Notes under the pieces: model-generated
What the model was told of the DNA's origin: nothing
Seen by the model: only the letters and a program-made list of their open reading frames with translations
Database searches by the model: none
Made by a program: the position numbers and the translations under genes
Origin: Eledone cirrhosa
Taxonomy: Eukaryota
NCBI GenBank assembly: GCA_964016885.1
Contig: OZ024740.1
Coordinates: forward strand, 244,466,001 to 244,530,000
Direction of reading: 5' to 3'
DNA length: 64,000 bases
In this document: in pieces, positions 44,211-58,147 of the stretch
How positions within the stretch are numbered: position 1 is the stretch's first letter
How the letters are laid out: every line of letters starts with the position of its first letter

Positions 44211-44480
44211 CAGAAAAAAATAATTCTTGAGAGAGAAAAATAAAGCCACTTGCAAAAGCGAAATATGAATTTCTCGATCGATACAGAAGAGCCTCTCTGC
44301 GTTCTAAATAAACACAGGAAGTATTGATAGTGACGGTGTGCCTGATGGCTGGTTGGCTGGTTAAAGAGGACACCGCCCTTATGAGCAACATGAAAAGAAA
44401 GTGCAGTTTTGGGAGATTATGAGGAGGATCTATTTTAATTACTGATTTATTATGGGCGCGGCGTGTGTGTGAGTGTGTGT

Positions 44481-44583
<103 letters not shown>

Positions 44584-45244
44584 AGTGAGTGAGTGTATGT
44601 GGTGAACCTCCGTCGTTTCTAATGCTGAGTGCTCACGAAATTAACTCCATGTAAAATCCACATGGTTCTCCTACTTCTCCAACTCCTCCTTCAGTTTTGA
44701 CGACGAGTGTCCCAGTTGTTTGAACAATGGAAACATCTGTTCTCGGAATTAACATGCAAGTGGCTGGGCATTCCACAGATTCGTGTGTCCTTAAAATACA
44801 TCTCGGATACATTATGCGTGACACAGTGCGTGACATTGCTGACTCTTTGAATTGCAAGTATACACTCATTTTCCCTGGGTGAGCTGGAGCAAGGGGAAAT
44901 AAAGTATCTTGCCGAAGGACACAACGTGTCGCTGGGAATAGAATTCTTGACCATACCATCGCGAACAGAAGACCCAAAACCTTAAGCCACGCACCTTCAA
45001 TGGTTTATTGACTCTAATATGAAAGCCATTTGTAATCGCATAAAAGTGAATTGCGAGTCACAGCATAATTCTGACAGTCGCATATACAATATCATATGCG
45101 AGCTGTCACCGTGGAAATTTGACGGTTTTATTAGAAACAACCACCAAATATTCAAGATAATTTAAAATGTTTTATTTATAAGCTATATAAACAACACACA
45201 CGCATACACACGCACCTGCACACACACACACAGAGTAAATAATC

Positions 45245-46330
45245 CATATTATATTATAAAGTTAAGCAACAAGAGAGGCTCGACGTATGGAATAGTATAC
45301 AAGAAGTCATCTTCTGGTTCCAAAGTATCGCGGAAAAAGAGAATACTAGGTTCATCCATTTCGACATCGAGAATTACTACGCCTCTATAACTAAGCCACT
45401 CTTGGAGGCCGCAATAGATTACGCCAGAACTATCACACCCATGAGCCAGGAAATCGACATAATTCTCCACTCTAGGAAGACTGCCTAGCTTTTTTGAAAA
45501 TTCTACCTGGATAAAAAGGGTCCTAGACTAACCTTTCGATGTTGGTATTGGAGCAACCGACTCGGTGGAGATTACAGGTCTGATAGGCTCATAGAAAGGT
45601 TTTCTGCGCTCGGATGTGGATTGTACAGAGATGATGGACTTGTAACTCTTACTGGATAAAACTCCAGTAGTAAGAACCGCAAACACCTCATCACCTGTAC
45701 CAATTTCTTGGACGTAACCCTAAACTTGGAGAACCAACTGCACTACCCCTTCCGGAAACCAAATGAAAACTTCCATTACATCCACCGATACTTGAACCAC
45801 CAAGGAATATAACTAAAAAATGTATCAAGAATATCTGCCTCCGTATATCACGCTTGTCTGTTAACTAACAAATATTCAAGGAACATGCGCCGCACTGCAA
45901 CCAAGCCCTTAAAAAAAGCGGATTTAATGAAGAACTTACCTATTACCCAAGCACCATTAGCAGAATCAGCAGGCGGAGTGGCCGCTCACGTAACATAAAG
46001 TGGTTCAATCCTCCTCACAATGCAGAAGTCACCACACCACACCAGTTTATTTTCTTTAAACTTCTCAATAAACATTTCCCACAACACCATCGCTACAACA
46101 ACATTTTTAACAAAATCACAATTAAACTTTCTTACAGCACCATACCCAACTTCATACAAACCATTGAGTCCTCAGACACTATTCTGACCTCAGTGAGGAG
46201 GTATCCAGGAAATGTAATTACATAGATAAAACACTTTGTCCTTTAAACAACAAATGCCGGCAACGCAACATCGTGTACAAGTGCAAGGTCACAATAGAAC
46301 AAAGCTTACATCGGATTAATCATAGTACAT
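45245..46330 (+). pseudogene. Decayed Penelope-like element (Naiad-type) RT and GIY-YIG region
   Basis: Frameshifted plus-strand motifs FDVGIG.TDS.E, GLYRDDGL, NFLDVTLNL, PFRKPN, ALKKSGF, RNIKWFNPPH, KHFP, IKLSYS, CPLNNKC..NIVYKC...YIG. Confidence 0.75.
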
Positions 46331-47097
46331 CTGCACACACCATTATTTATCCAAACTAGCAAACACATTCCCAGGTCAAAAGTGCATATACGCACACACG
46401 AGCACAAACTCAACACAAAGTTCAACAGCAGAATCTAACAGCAACCAGGAAATAATACAGGACTAGTGCTTACACACAAACGAGTATACTCCACACAAAC
46501 TTCATCAGCAAACCCCTCTAGCACCCATAAATACAAACATTACTAGCTCTTAGTGAAGCACTTGAGCCGACAGTGACACATTAAAACGCACATGCCACAA
46601 TTAGAACATAATTATTAGCACATGAAACAAAAGCAGCTTATCTTGCACCTACCTGAGCTGCACAGCCAACCCTTCAGTTACATAAACACACTCCTAAAGA
46701 GGCACATACAACAACATATTTTATCATAGCGGCATTAAAACGACAACACCCACACTAGCATTCCACCACAGAAATATCAATACCTATTTGCATGTGGACA
46801 GCTCCTGCGACCCCCATTGGAACATGTACCTAAGAAAAACATAGGCCCATTACATTGCACAATAAATAGTAATTACCCACTCCACCTATTCCACTATAAA
46901 TGTATGAATATAATCACCACCACAAACTCAATAGTACCGCGAAACGTGGATATCTTAAGTAAATCAAGTCTATACTCCTATCTGTAATTCAAAGGGATTT
47001 AAATACTAGAGTAGTTATAGTAAATAAATTCCACAAGATATTACTTTAATAGCACCGGCTAATAGCTGAACATGTATACTCATAATCTCATTATACT

Positions 47098-48512
47098 AAA
47101 CAATTCCTAGTTCTGCAGGCAAGGGCGTAGTAACGCTGATCAGGAAAGACGAGAACAAGGGGGACGAAATAAACAATTTCAGGCCGATAACTCTGCTCAA
47201 CACAGAGTTAAAGATTGACCAAGGTGCTAGCAACGAGGCTGGCGCTTGTCGTCGAAAACCTGGTAGGGAAAGCGCAAACGTGTGCAATCCCGACCAGGTC
47301 CATCTCATGCGATACATCATAGAGAGGGTGGGTGTAAACCTGGTTTCGGTGGAGCTCTGATCAATTTAGATCAGTCTAAGTCATTCGATACTTGGAAGCG
47401 GTTCTCAAGGCGGCCGGTTTCGGTCCCGTTTTCAGAGGCTGGATCAAGGCGATGCACACCAGCATCTGCTCGAAAGTGAAGGTGAACGGCTACCTGTCGG
47501 AGCCGTTCGTAATCACGCGTCACCATTCGACAGGGATGCTCTCTCTCCTCCATTCTGTACGTATTGACTCTAGAGCCACTACTGCAGAAGTTGGAGCTTT
47601 TGCAGGGCATCCCTTTAGAACCGGGACTGCGAAAAGCGGCGTCGGCTTATGCCGACGACGTCACGGTAATGGTGTCGAAAACCTTGGAAATCGAGGTAAT
47701 CGGCAACCTACTACAGGAATACGAAAGGTTCACAGGAGCAAACCTGAATCCGGACAAGTCTGTCAGTTTGCAACTCGGAACTTGGAAAGGCAAACCGATG
47801 CCGTCCGACAGCGTCGTCGGACGCTGGACGGAAGGACCGGTGAAATTGCTCGGGTTCTGGTTCGGTCCAGACCTCCAGGTGGAGAAAAACTGGAACGAGG
47901 TCACGGCCAAGGTATTTGCGCTCACCCAGAAGTGGGCAGAGTGCAAACTGTCTTTGAAAGGTCGAGCGGAGGTGGCCAACACTTTCATAGCGTCCGTCAT
48001 CTACTACCGCTTGACTGTCGTGCCTTGTCTCCGTGAATACCAAGATGGAACGCATGCTCTTCCAGTTCCTGTGGAAGAAGCAGGCTCCACTGGTGAGGAG
48101 ATCCGTCTGCTGTCAACACCCTTCCAACGGAGGGCTGGGCATGCCGTGGCTAATGATGCGTAAACATGCGCTGAGGCTACGGCATCTCCAGGTATTCCTC
48201 ACCGACCAACCGGTGTGGGCACCGTTTGTGAGACAGGCCTTCCCACAACTTGTCTCGCTGAAGGAGTGCAGTCCTGAGTCAAGCGAAGACCGAAGAAGAT
48301 GGGCGCCTGGCACATTGAATGCGCCCAGGCGCTCACAGTCCTCTGTCAAGCGAGCACAGCAATCAGTGGAGACTCCACTTCGACATTCTATAGAGGGTTA
48401 GTACTTTACAACTGCGACGACGTGCTCGGGGAGACTCTGGGTGTCGAAGACGACGAGCTCACCAGTCTGTTCGGTAGGACTTTCCGCCAGGGACCTATGG
48501 ACAACTTCCATC
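47098..48512 (+). pseudogene. Internal RT fragment of a diverged Tx1/L1-like copy
   Basis: NNFRPITLLNTE, INLDQSKSFD, AYADDV and GPMDNF are collinear with the 58148-61562 element. Confidence 0.85.
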
Positions 48513-49050
48513 CGTCATAACGACCAGACTGCTCATTGACAGTGTAGTTAGGGGCTCAAAGCCTTGTGCTGCTAAATCGACTCTCCATGGTTCTTTTCAA
48601 TGGCTGATACCTTATCGGCGTCACTCGAGTAAGGTAATTATTTAACCCATAAATGGAGCCCTAACAAGTACTACTACTCCGGGCCAGAGTAGATCTGGGA
48701 GTGATAACAACTAAGGGGTAACTCCACATTCCCCACAGGTCCTGAACTCCCGAACTGGAGCCTTGTCACCGGATGCAGTTTAGTGTCATACCCAGTCCTG
48801 GATTAGCTTATTCAAATAATATCCAAATCCCTCAATTTAGTCAACCATGTAAACTAACATATATAATGGTCTTCATATTTGTGTGTGTACTGTTGAATTG
48901 TTTTTTTCTTCTACAGATAACTAAGAAATTAACCGTCACATAGCTGATTATCATATTCTCCCATTCGGTCAACTTGTACTATTCTTTGATTAGTCGAATT
49001 TGCTGCCAGAACTGACGCCAATTCTGAAGGTCGTGATAAACATGCCTGGG

Positions 49051-49159
<109 letters not shown>

Positions 49160-49346
49160 CCCTAATATACTTTCTCGATAAATATATTTCTGCCCCCTCT
49201 CCACGATTATTCTATCGAAGGATTACCAGACAGATACACTTGAACGCACACATACACTTAAACACTCACTAAACCAGATAGCGATACACACAACCACATA
49301 CAACCATTCCCTCAACAATGTATGCCCTTATTTGGACAAAGGACAA

Positions 49347-49424
49347 CTCCTGATGAGGCAGCCAGTTAAGCACCAATTAAACCTTTGGCATTCAGTCTGG
49401 AACTAGCTGTTGAAACGGCAAGAG
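49347..49424 (+). ncRNA. Degenerate hammerhead ribozyme in a Penelope-like terminal repeat
   Basis: CTC-CTGATGA-GGCAGC...GCTGTT-GAAA-CGGC-AA-GAG. Sister copies read GAAACGGCTTGAG. It is followed by the conserved tail CTCAGCCGTCGGGGTC. Confidence 0.6.
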
Positions 49425-49791
49425 CTCAGCCGTCGGGGTCCCGACTCTCTATAATATAACCATACTACCACAAGTATCCAGTACTTTGGTAAGTAATGGT
49501 CTAACCAGTTTCAAACTGATTCCATCCTGATTTAGTCATAAATATAAATACTCCTTTATTATCGCATTTCCCTAAGGACTTGTTACAGCGTTGCCACTGC
49601 TGCTCTCCCTCTCTCTCCCTCTCTTTTTTTTTATATACATTCACACACACTCACATACACACAAACACACGCACAATCACACACATGCACACACACACCA
49701 CACATACGTGCACAAACGCTCTCTCCTACCCTTCTCTTTCCAGCGTGACCGACGTTTTATGCGAAATAATATAATAGATGCGTGTTTGTGG

Positions 49792-49873
<82 letters not shown>

Positions 49874-51063
49874 CATGTAAGTGTATAAGTGAAGGCATTT
49901 TGCGTGTATATAGTTTCGTCCCACTACGCTTTCCGATCAAATCTTTCTCCTGCTCAGTTTCTTTGCTTCACAACTTTCCGGGGTCAATATCATATATTAG
50001 CTGGTTCCAGTGGTGTACTCAAGTCGTATTAATTAACTGTGCCATTCTCTTCCTTGTAAAACTTTGTCCATGTGTACATCAGGAAAACCAATGTTTATAT
50101 GTCTCTGTGAAATGGTATTAGACTACACATTATATAGTATCCTAGTTCAGTGCTCCATAGTTGTGATTTCAAACCGTACTAAGATCAGCTCTGTCAGACT
50201 ATGGTTAATTATTGTAGATCCAAGGAATAAATGCAGGAGCCCCATTGAATACCATATTAAATTAAAACCAAACTACAGGCAATCCTCTTTTATTTATTTT
50301 TTTAGTTTACTAATCTTTCATTCTGGTCTACTTTCTAGACTAACACACTATTTTTTTTAAATTTTGGGCTAATTGATCTAGCGAATCTATCTCACTCATA
50401 GGGTCACCGAGAGAACTTTTGCAAGGTGGAACAAGACTGCTTTCGGACTCCTCGAAGGAAGGGGGACTACTCCTACCAAAATGTAAGGGCAATGAGAGCT
50501 GGGACTTCAGATATTCACGAGCCTCTCCTTAGCTCTCCAGTTCCCGGACCATATCTGGAGGATGTGTTCACTCAGCTACCACCATTTAATCATTCCGTCA
50601 AACTATCATATCCCGGCATTTTCTCTCATAACTTCTTTAATGCAATTTATCCTAAATTTAAACATACAAACTTTTCAAAACTCTGTTTTCTTATTTTCAC
50701 TAAATGGCCTTCATTTTTTTATCGTTGTCTTTAACATTGTTTTTATCGATTATTTTTAAATTGTCTATTTTATTTGAATAAGTACAACTTTATTTATTTA
50801 TTTTATTTTTTGTATAGGACCACGATCATGATTAGATGGACACAATTTTATTTTCTAGAATTTAAATTATAAAAATAAATGGAAAAAATACCCAGGCATA
50901 ATTTAGATTTTCTTACCTTTAATAAAATCGTTTATTTCCCAGAAATACCAACTGATTATTCTACCAATTTCAAAACTACTTGCGCTGTATTTTTTCACTT
51001 ATACATAACGGCTTTAAAAGTCAAATCTTTATTTATTGCAAATAACTTGAAGTAGTTTGTGTT

Positions 51064-51113
<50 letters not shown>

Positions 51114-52510
51114 GGGGGGGGGGGGCACGTACGAGCGTGTGTATGTATAAGAGTTAAATCTTATATTGTTTTACCGATTTCTACTTGACCGAGCAGAAAC
51201 GTAAATCCATGGGAATAAAAAAAGAAAGAAAAGATTAGTAAAATGTCTAAGGAAACTTGTCGTTTGAAGATTGAGAGAATTTTGAATATTGAAAAGAACA
51301 GACGGAATATCTTTCGCTTATAAGACAGGCTGAGTATTCAGTCGAAGTGACAATCTTCGTCTGGTCTTTTGACATATTGATAAAGTAAGATTAGTTGATC
51401 TACAGGGGAGTTCTTTGTTGCATGAATTCCGAACCATTACATTCAGCTTGTTTACCTACAGATTGTTGTAATTCACATAGTTAAATCATTTAAATAGATG
51501 CATGGTTCTAAAACAAAGAGCACGTTTATATAGGTGAAGCTATCGTATTAAGGTGGTGAATTGGCAGAGTCCTTAGAGCGTTGAATAAAATGCCTTGCGT
51601 TGTTTGTTCCAGCTTCCTGCACTCTGAGATCAAATACTACTGTCGAGGCTAGCTTTGCTTTACATCCTTTCGGGAGTGATAAAATAAATTATCAATCTAG
51701 GATGGTGGATAAAGTCTAACGAGGTGGTATGGTATCTTTTCGGTTCTATATCTTCTGAGTTCAATGTGTTTTGGTGTGGCATATTTAGGTGTTAGCAACA
51801 CCTGGCTCTTGGAGTTTTTAATGGAACCCAGTTACTTGCAAACATTCGAGCCACAACTTCGGTTTAAGGATATTTTCCCCTCAACCACCTCCAAGTCGGG
51901 GGGGGGGGGGGGGTCTGGAAAAAGATCATAGACACTGCCTTTCAGTTCTTGACTAACAAAAAATATATATTCAAAAGTAGAAAACAGTTTTTTTTACCCT
52001 TTCCACTACAAACATATATAAATTTCATGTTTCTTAAATTCTTAATACAGTGAAGATGCTTACTGAAATTAATTTCGAACGGAGTCATTTAAATAGTTCT
52101 TTCTAATATAGATACATGGCTGACAACTTTTATATTAAGAGAAAGTCGGTTAAATCGACTCCAGTACTTTACTGCTACTTTATTTTATCGACCACAAAAG
52201 AATGAAAGGGAAAGTATACCTAAGCGGGATTTGAATTCAGCAATTAAAGGGTCATAACTAAATGCTACAAGGCATTTTGTCCGACGCTCTAACTATTTTT
52301 CCAATCCACCACACTTGGGCCTTTTAAATAACAATTTGGGGGAAGGGGAAAGTTGATTAAATCGATCCCAGTGCGTTACTGCTACTTTATTTTATCGACC
52401 CCGTAAGGATGAAAGGCAAAGCTAACCTCTGCGGGATTTCTAGTCAGAACGCCAGGAAATATGGTATAACCTTTGTTTTTAACTTTAGCCCCCTTTTCAA
52501 CTATTATGTA

Positions 52511-52568
<58 letters not shown>

Positions 52569-52610
52569 TGAAAAAGAACAAAGGAACTATTATGACATTA
52601 TAACAAGTTT

Positions 52611-52653
52611 ATTGCCGACAGCCGTTTCGTCCGACCCCATGGTGGGACTTATC

Positions 52654-52654
<1 letters not shown>
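52611..52654 (-). ncRNA. 5'-truncated hammerhead ribozyme abutting (TA)n
   Basis: Minus strand: (TA)n-TGATAA-GTCC...GGAC-GAAA-CGGCTG-TC-GGCAATAAA. The 5' arm of stem I is lost. Confidence 0.6.
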
Positions 52655-52691
<37 letters not shown>

Positions 52692-54440
52692 ATGATTAGG
52701 TTAAATCTATACATATCAAATATATATTGATATTGCCTCAAGTTCACTTATACGGCCATTTTATGAAAATTCCAGATGCTTATAACCGATTTAATGATTG
52801 GGCTCAATCTTAGTAATAAGCAAATATTAAGACCAAGAAACATCATTCATCAGTAAGTGATTAAGGTCTTGTCTATATATATATATATCCCTCTGCAGAT
52901 TAACTAGTTACATACCCAAGCAAGACGATCGAATATTAAGTAACTAGTTACCTACCCAAGCAAGACGATCGAATATAACCGCATTGTGCTAAACTAAAGT
53001 CTTACGGAATGGCAGATATTACACGACTGGTCATAATAAGTGCTGAAGATAGCAGTCAAACGAATTTCTCTATGGCAACTCTACAAATTTAAAATCTGCA
53101 GTAGTTATACTATAATTAGGTTAAATTTATGCATATGAAATATATATTGATTATGTTACTTAACAATGAAAGATCAATGAACATTAAGCTCAGAACATAA
53201 TTTATTCAAATTTAAACAATATACAATTATTTCCATATATCTAGTTATTGTATATTGAACGAGGAATAATAAATGTACTTAAAGAAAGAATTCATGAAAA
53301 TTCCAGAACATGATGTTTATAACCGATTTAATGATTGGGCTCAATGCTGACTGGTTAATGAAGAGAAAAACGGGGGGCTCCTTTCCCTCTGGGTACTGTT
53401 GGAAATCGGGTAGTTCGACCTCCATATTTGGTGGGGCTTCTTTTGGGAACCCCTTTAACAGCCTGCATGTTACTCTTACATTAGGGGTTCCCACATCATG
53501 CGGAAAATTTCCGTAATGCCTTTGTACGCACCTGGCGACATTTACAATCATTATGATTTCAGGCACTTTAAATGTTCTGGTGCCATAAATCTCTCCCCTT
53601 TTCTCAATCTCTTTACTTCATGTCATGAAGGCCTTCTAACAAGCACAAAGTTTTCTGGATGTGGTGTCGTTTGCTGTTGATTCTGTGTGTTTGTGTGTTT
53701 TCGTTTGGTTGTAGTTGTGGTAGGGTTGATGTTGGTTTCGATGATGTTTGTGTTGCCAGTTGGGGTGGTATTGGAGGAGGTTGTGTTATTTCAGGAGCAT
53801 TTTTTTTTGATGTGGGTCTGTGTTGGTGTCTGGAACTTTGGGTGTCATTATTTTAGTTTGGGGGGTTTGTTTGTTTCGTCTTCCTGGGAGAAGATGCGGG
53901 GCATGTGTCTGATAATGGTTGGGATATATATTGATGGTCTTGTTGGTGTTGTCGTTGCTGCTACTGTTAGTGTTGTTGGTTCCGCAGTTGTTGTTGTTGT
54001 TGCTGTTGAGGTTCTGGTGTTAGCAGCAATGGGGCCCTTTGGTTCATCGTCTTCTCTAAATTCATAGGGCGTAACGAATCCACCCGCCCCTCTTACTGCA
54101 GTTTCCCAAGCTAAAATATCTGAATTTGCCATCTCAATTAATTAAGATGCTTAATTTCTGCCAGAAACCAAAAATTTAAGAGACAAGATATATTTACCTG
54201 TTGATCTCTTGTATGCCCAAAATAAAACCAACATGGTGCACAATAATGTACGCATGCGCAAAATTAACAAGGTTTGTACAATAAAGACACCGGAAGAATT
54301 ACACAGCTAAGTTGGCCCCGCCAGGATTAGAAGTGAGGACATGAGAAGATTTTCTTACCTACAGTAAGCTATATACATACGTCCGACACCATCACGGTTT
54401 TCCCTAGCGAACAACATATATGTAAGTATGTATGTATGTT

Positions 54441-55035
54441 AGGTCACTCTTGAGTGCTAGTGGTAACATGTAACCTAGTACAACCTGTCGACTAAACCGG
54501 CAACCCCACCAAGTTTACTTGGTGAGGGGGATTTTGGACACCCTGCAGGACAAAAAACAAAACCTCGCAAAGGGCGAAGAACTCATAAGAGTCAACGGCC
54601 ATCCAAAAGTGTGTAAATATGTATATACACATGTACATATGTATATGTATATGTGTATATACATGTGTGCATGTGTATGAATATGCGCGGGGACATAGAA
54701 ATAGTCGGACTGGACACCTGATCACGCGGTTAAACCACTGGCAGTGAAGGACCCCTAGCCTTTGTCAGGGCATTCTTCTAGGAGAAGGCAACTCAGGAAA
54801 CTGGGATAACTCTGATATAAAACCTGCGGTTCAGTAGTTACCGATGATGTTGATCTTTTCTTCTTTTCGGGTTATAGCTACTGTCGCTCAGAGAGTGGGA
54901 TTGGCTCAGTGCACAGTCTTTCCCTCACTTTAAAAAATATCTTCACGCAGAGGCATTGCACGATAGAATTAATTAATAATTATTAATAATGGTATATCGG
55001 AGGGGGAAGCCATCATGTATGTATGTACGTATGTA
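54441..55035 (+). mobile_element. Non-autonomous bipartite RTE-derived element (copies at about 28693-29065, 29082-29590 and 29870-30250 minus)
   Basis: The copies share a structured 5' region (GGCAACCCCACCAAG...CTTGGTGAGG; TCTAGGAGAAGG), and the plus-strand copies end in a CCATCATG(TATG)n tail like the RTE 3' end at 43640. Confidence 0.55.
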
Positions 55036-55090
55036 GGTATGTATGTAAGTATGCGTGTAAATATATATGTGTATGTGTGTATGCACATAT

Positions 55091-55156
<66 letters not shown>

Positions 55157-56256
55157 TCTAAATATAAGGTTAATAAACGGAGAAATTATCTTCATACTAG
55201 GTTCGATGTTTATGCCAACTTGATTATTTTGTTGGATCTAAAATATATTCCTAAAGAAAATCATTTGTAATAATCTTTTCATGTAACTACATCGGGATGC
55301 GTTTCATTTGACAGGCATGGTTGGAGTTTGGAATCTGTCATCCTAGCTTAGTTAATTTCCATTGTCTAGCTCTTGGCTACACATTCCAACGAAATACGAT
55401 AAAACAAAATTGATAACGCTCAACCAACAAATTCGTTGTATCTGTAAATATCAAAAGTAAAATATATCCGTTACTTATTTCTTTCTGTTTCTCTGATATT
55501 TTGTTATGTTTTTAAAAGTAAAGATGTGTTGGCACAGGCAATGGCATAAAAATATCGTCTGCCGATTATAGAGCGTCTTTCATCATCTTCGTTTAACGTC
55601 CATCTCCCACGCTAGCATGGGTTAGACGGGAGTTGTCCCACTTGAGGCAAGGTTGGTCGGGTGACCGTGTCTCGTTCATATAGGACTATCTGGCAGGTTT
55701 TCTACGGCTGGATGCCCTTCCTAACACCAACCACATTTACAGTGTGAACTGGGAGCTTTTTACCGTGTTACCTACACGGTCACATTACAGCGTGGACTGT
55801 GTGTTTTTTTGTCGTGACACCTACACCACCTCGATCTCATTATCTCATTTATTTGGACTGGATGTTGTGGTACCAACTTTATAGAGAGAGGGTGGTGTTG
55901 GTGGGAGTGGGAGGATAGGGTAGGGGTAGTGGATTGGGGTGTATATTTGGTTAAGAGGTGCCTACTGACAGTAGGTTTGGTTTTGTACATAGGCAAGGCG
56001 GGTCTTCTGTATTACTGCGTGGCGCCAAAGATCTCGGTCCAGTGACATTGTCTTAGAGAGGTGCAAGTGTGTAAGGTCGGAATTTATCAAATCGTCCCAG
56101 GTTTTTCTGGGTCTACCTACTTCATAACTTCCATCAATTTTGATCGCCCTGCACTTTTTTATACAGCTGTCGTCTTTCATGCGCATCACCTGACCATGCC
56201 AACGTAGTCTTCTCTCAAGTAAACAGCATCCTAATTTCTCACTCAGTTCATTTATG

Positions 56257-56357
<101 letters not shown>

Positions 56358-56985
56358 AAAAAAATGAAATTTCATTTCTCACACTTAGTACGGCTGATAC
56401 TTAAATATAATTATGTATACGTGCATACATATATGTATACAGACGTACAGTAGTATGTATATACATACATGCACATATATATATATATATGTACATATGG
56501 GTTTACCGAACATTTATTATAATGTTCGGTTTGTTTGTAAACAAGCAGCCCGAATTAAGCCGTACAGTGTTCGGCAACCATCGTTGCCCTTTTGTTCAAC
56601 ACTGACAAAGGAACGATGAACTAGTTTCTAGCTTATTAGCCGTCATCAGCACCGTATAACTTCCTGTCAGTCGATTGAACGTTTGAAAGTATATACTTTC
56701 CTTATGCATATTAACGGCTGATCAGCCTAATTTGCATATCGAGTGAGTTAGTCGGCCGGGCGTACCGAAAAAGATAAATGGAAAAAATGAAATTTCATTT
56801 CTCACTCTTAGTACGGCTGTTACTTAAATATAAGTATGTATACGTACATATATATATATGTATATAGACGTACAGTAGTATGTATATACATACATACATG
56901 CACACATATATATATGAACGTATGGTTTACCGAACATTTATTATAATGTTCGGTTTGTTTGTAAACAAACAGCCCCTTTGTAAAC
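56358..56985 (-). mobile_element. Partial tandem of an approximately 423-bp hammerhead-containing monomer
   Basis: AAAATGAAATTTCATTTCTCAC...GTACGGCTG recurs with T at 56365 and 56788. A homologous fragment lies at about 11685-11910. Confidence 0.7.
56613..56655 (-). ncRNA. Minimal type I hammerhead ribozyme
   Basis: Minus strand: ACGGTG-CTGATGA-c GGCT aata AGCT a-GAAA-CTAG-TT-CATCGT, with a 6-bp stem I and palindromic CTAG loop. Confidence 0.75.
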
Positions 56986-57246
56986 AAACATATATATATA
57001 TGTATATATATGTGTATGTGTGTGTGTGTATATCTATATATATATATATATATATGAACATTTCGGGACCCCGACGGCTGGGCTCTTGCTGTTTCAACAG
57101 CTAGATCCATACTTTCATATTATCCACTCTACTAACCCAAGTATCGAGTACTCTAGTGAACAATGGTCTAACTGGGTTTTACTACATCCATTCTGATATA
57201 TATATATATAAACCAGAAGTGAAAGTCAACAGGTTAAAATTAACTT

Positions 57247-57303
57247 CGTTTATTCATATTCGGCGATAACCATTATGCAACAGCTATGACCTTATCAGAC
57301 AGC
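57247..57303 (-). ncRNA. Degenerate hammerhead (related to the 11368 family)
   Basis: Minus strand: CTGATAA-GGTCATAGC...GGTTATCGCC-GAAT. It resembles the 11368 stem II, but the core is mutated. Confidence 0.4.
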
Positions 57304-57477
57304 TAGAATTTGGACAGAAACAAAACAGAAAAACATAATAATGGAATAAAGTTAACCTCTGTTATTTCGATTTTTTATGCTCTGTACTGAAGTTTGGTGT
57401 TGTTTCCTCACAGCACTGGTCGTTGAGGGCTCTACCCTGCATACTGAAGTGTCGCTAATTAACCAACACATACTCAG

Positions 57478-57544
<67 letters not shown>

Positions 57545-58147
57545 GGAGTGTAACGTGATGTTACTGTAGATTCACCCAGCTGAGCATTCGATATGTATGT
57601 TAATGCCAGTGGCGAGGTGTACAGCTAGACAGAGTGTAATATAATAATATAATTGTTTCTACTTTTGGCACAAGGCCAGCAACTTCCCCAGTGCATTACT
57701 GGTACTTTATTCTATCGACCCCGGAAGGATGAAAGGCAAAGTTAACATCGGCGTGATTTGAACTCGCCGAGGTTATCTTTAACTTTCATCCTTCCGGGGT
57801 CGATAGAATAAAGTACCAGTAATGTACTGGGTAATTGCTGGCCTTGTGCCAAAAGTAGAAACAATTATTATAATAATAATAATAATAATGCTTTAATGCT
57901 TTCTTTATTAACCACAAGGGTTTACATAAAGTAGATATTAAGGACAGTACAGGACAACACAGGACGGTACAAATGGGCATTTCTGCGTGTAAAAAAAACA
58001 AAAACAGGATGTAACAAAAAATAACAATGCAAAATTCCCCAATAGGGGGGAGACTTCCGAGGGACATTTGTGGAGAAAGCCCATTAAAAGGCCACAGTGA
58101 CCCTGACCACCAGGGCAAGTGCCCTCTCCCAGTTTTCCACCTTTAAT

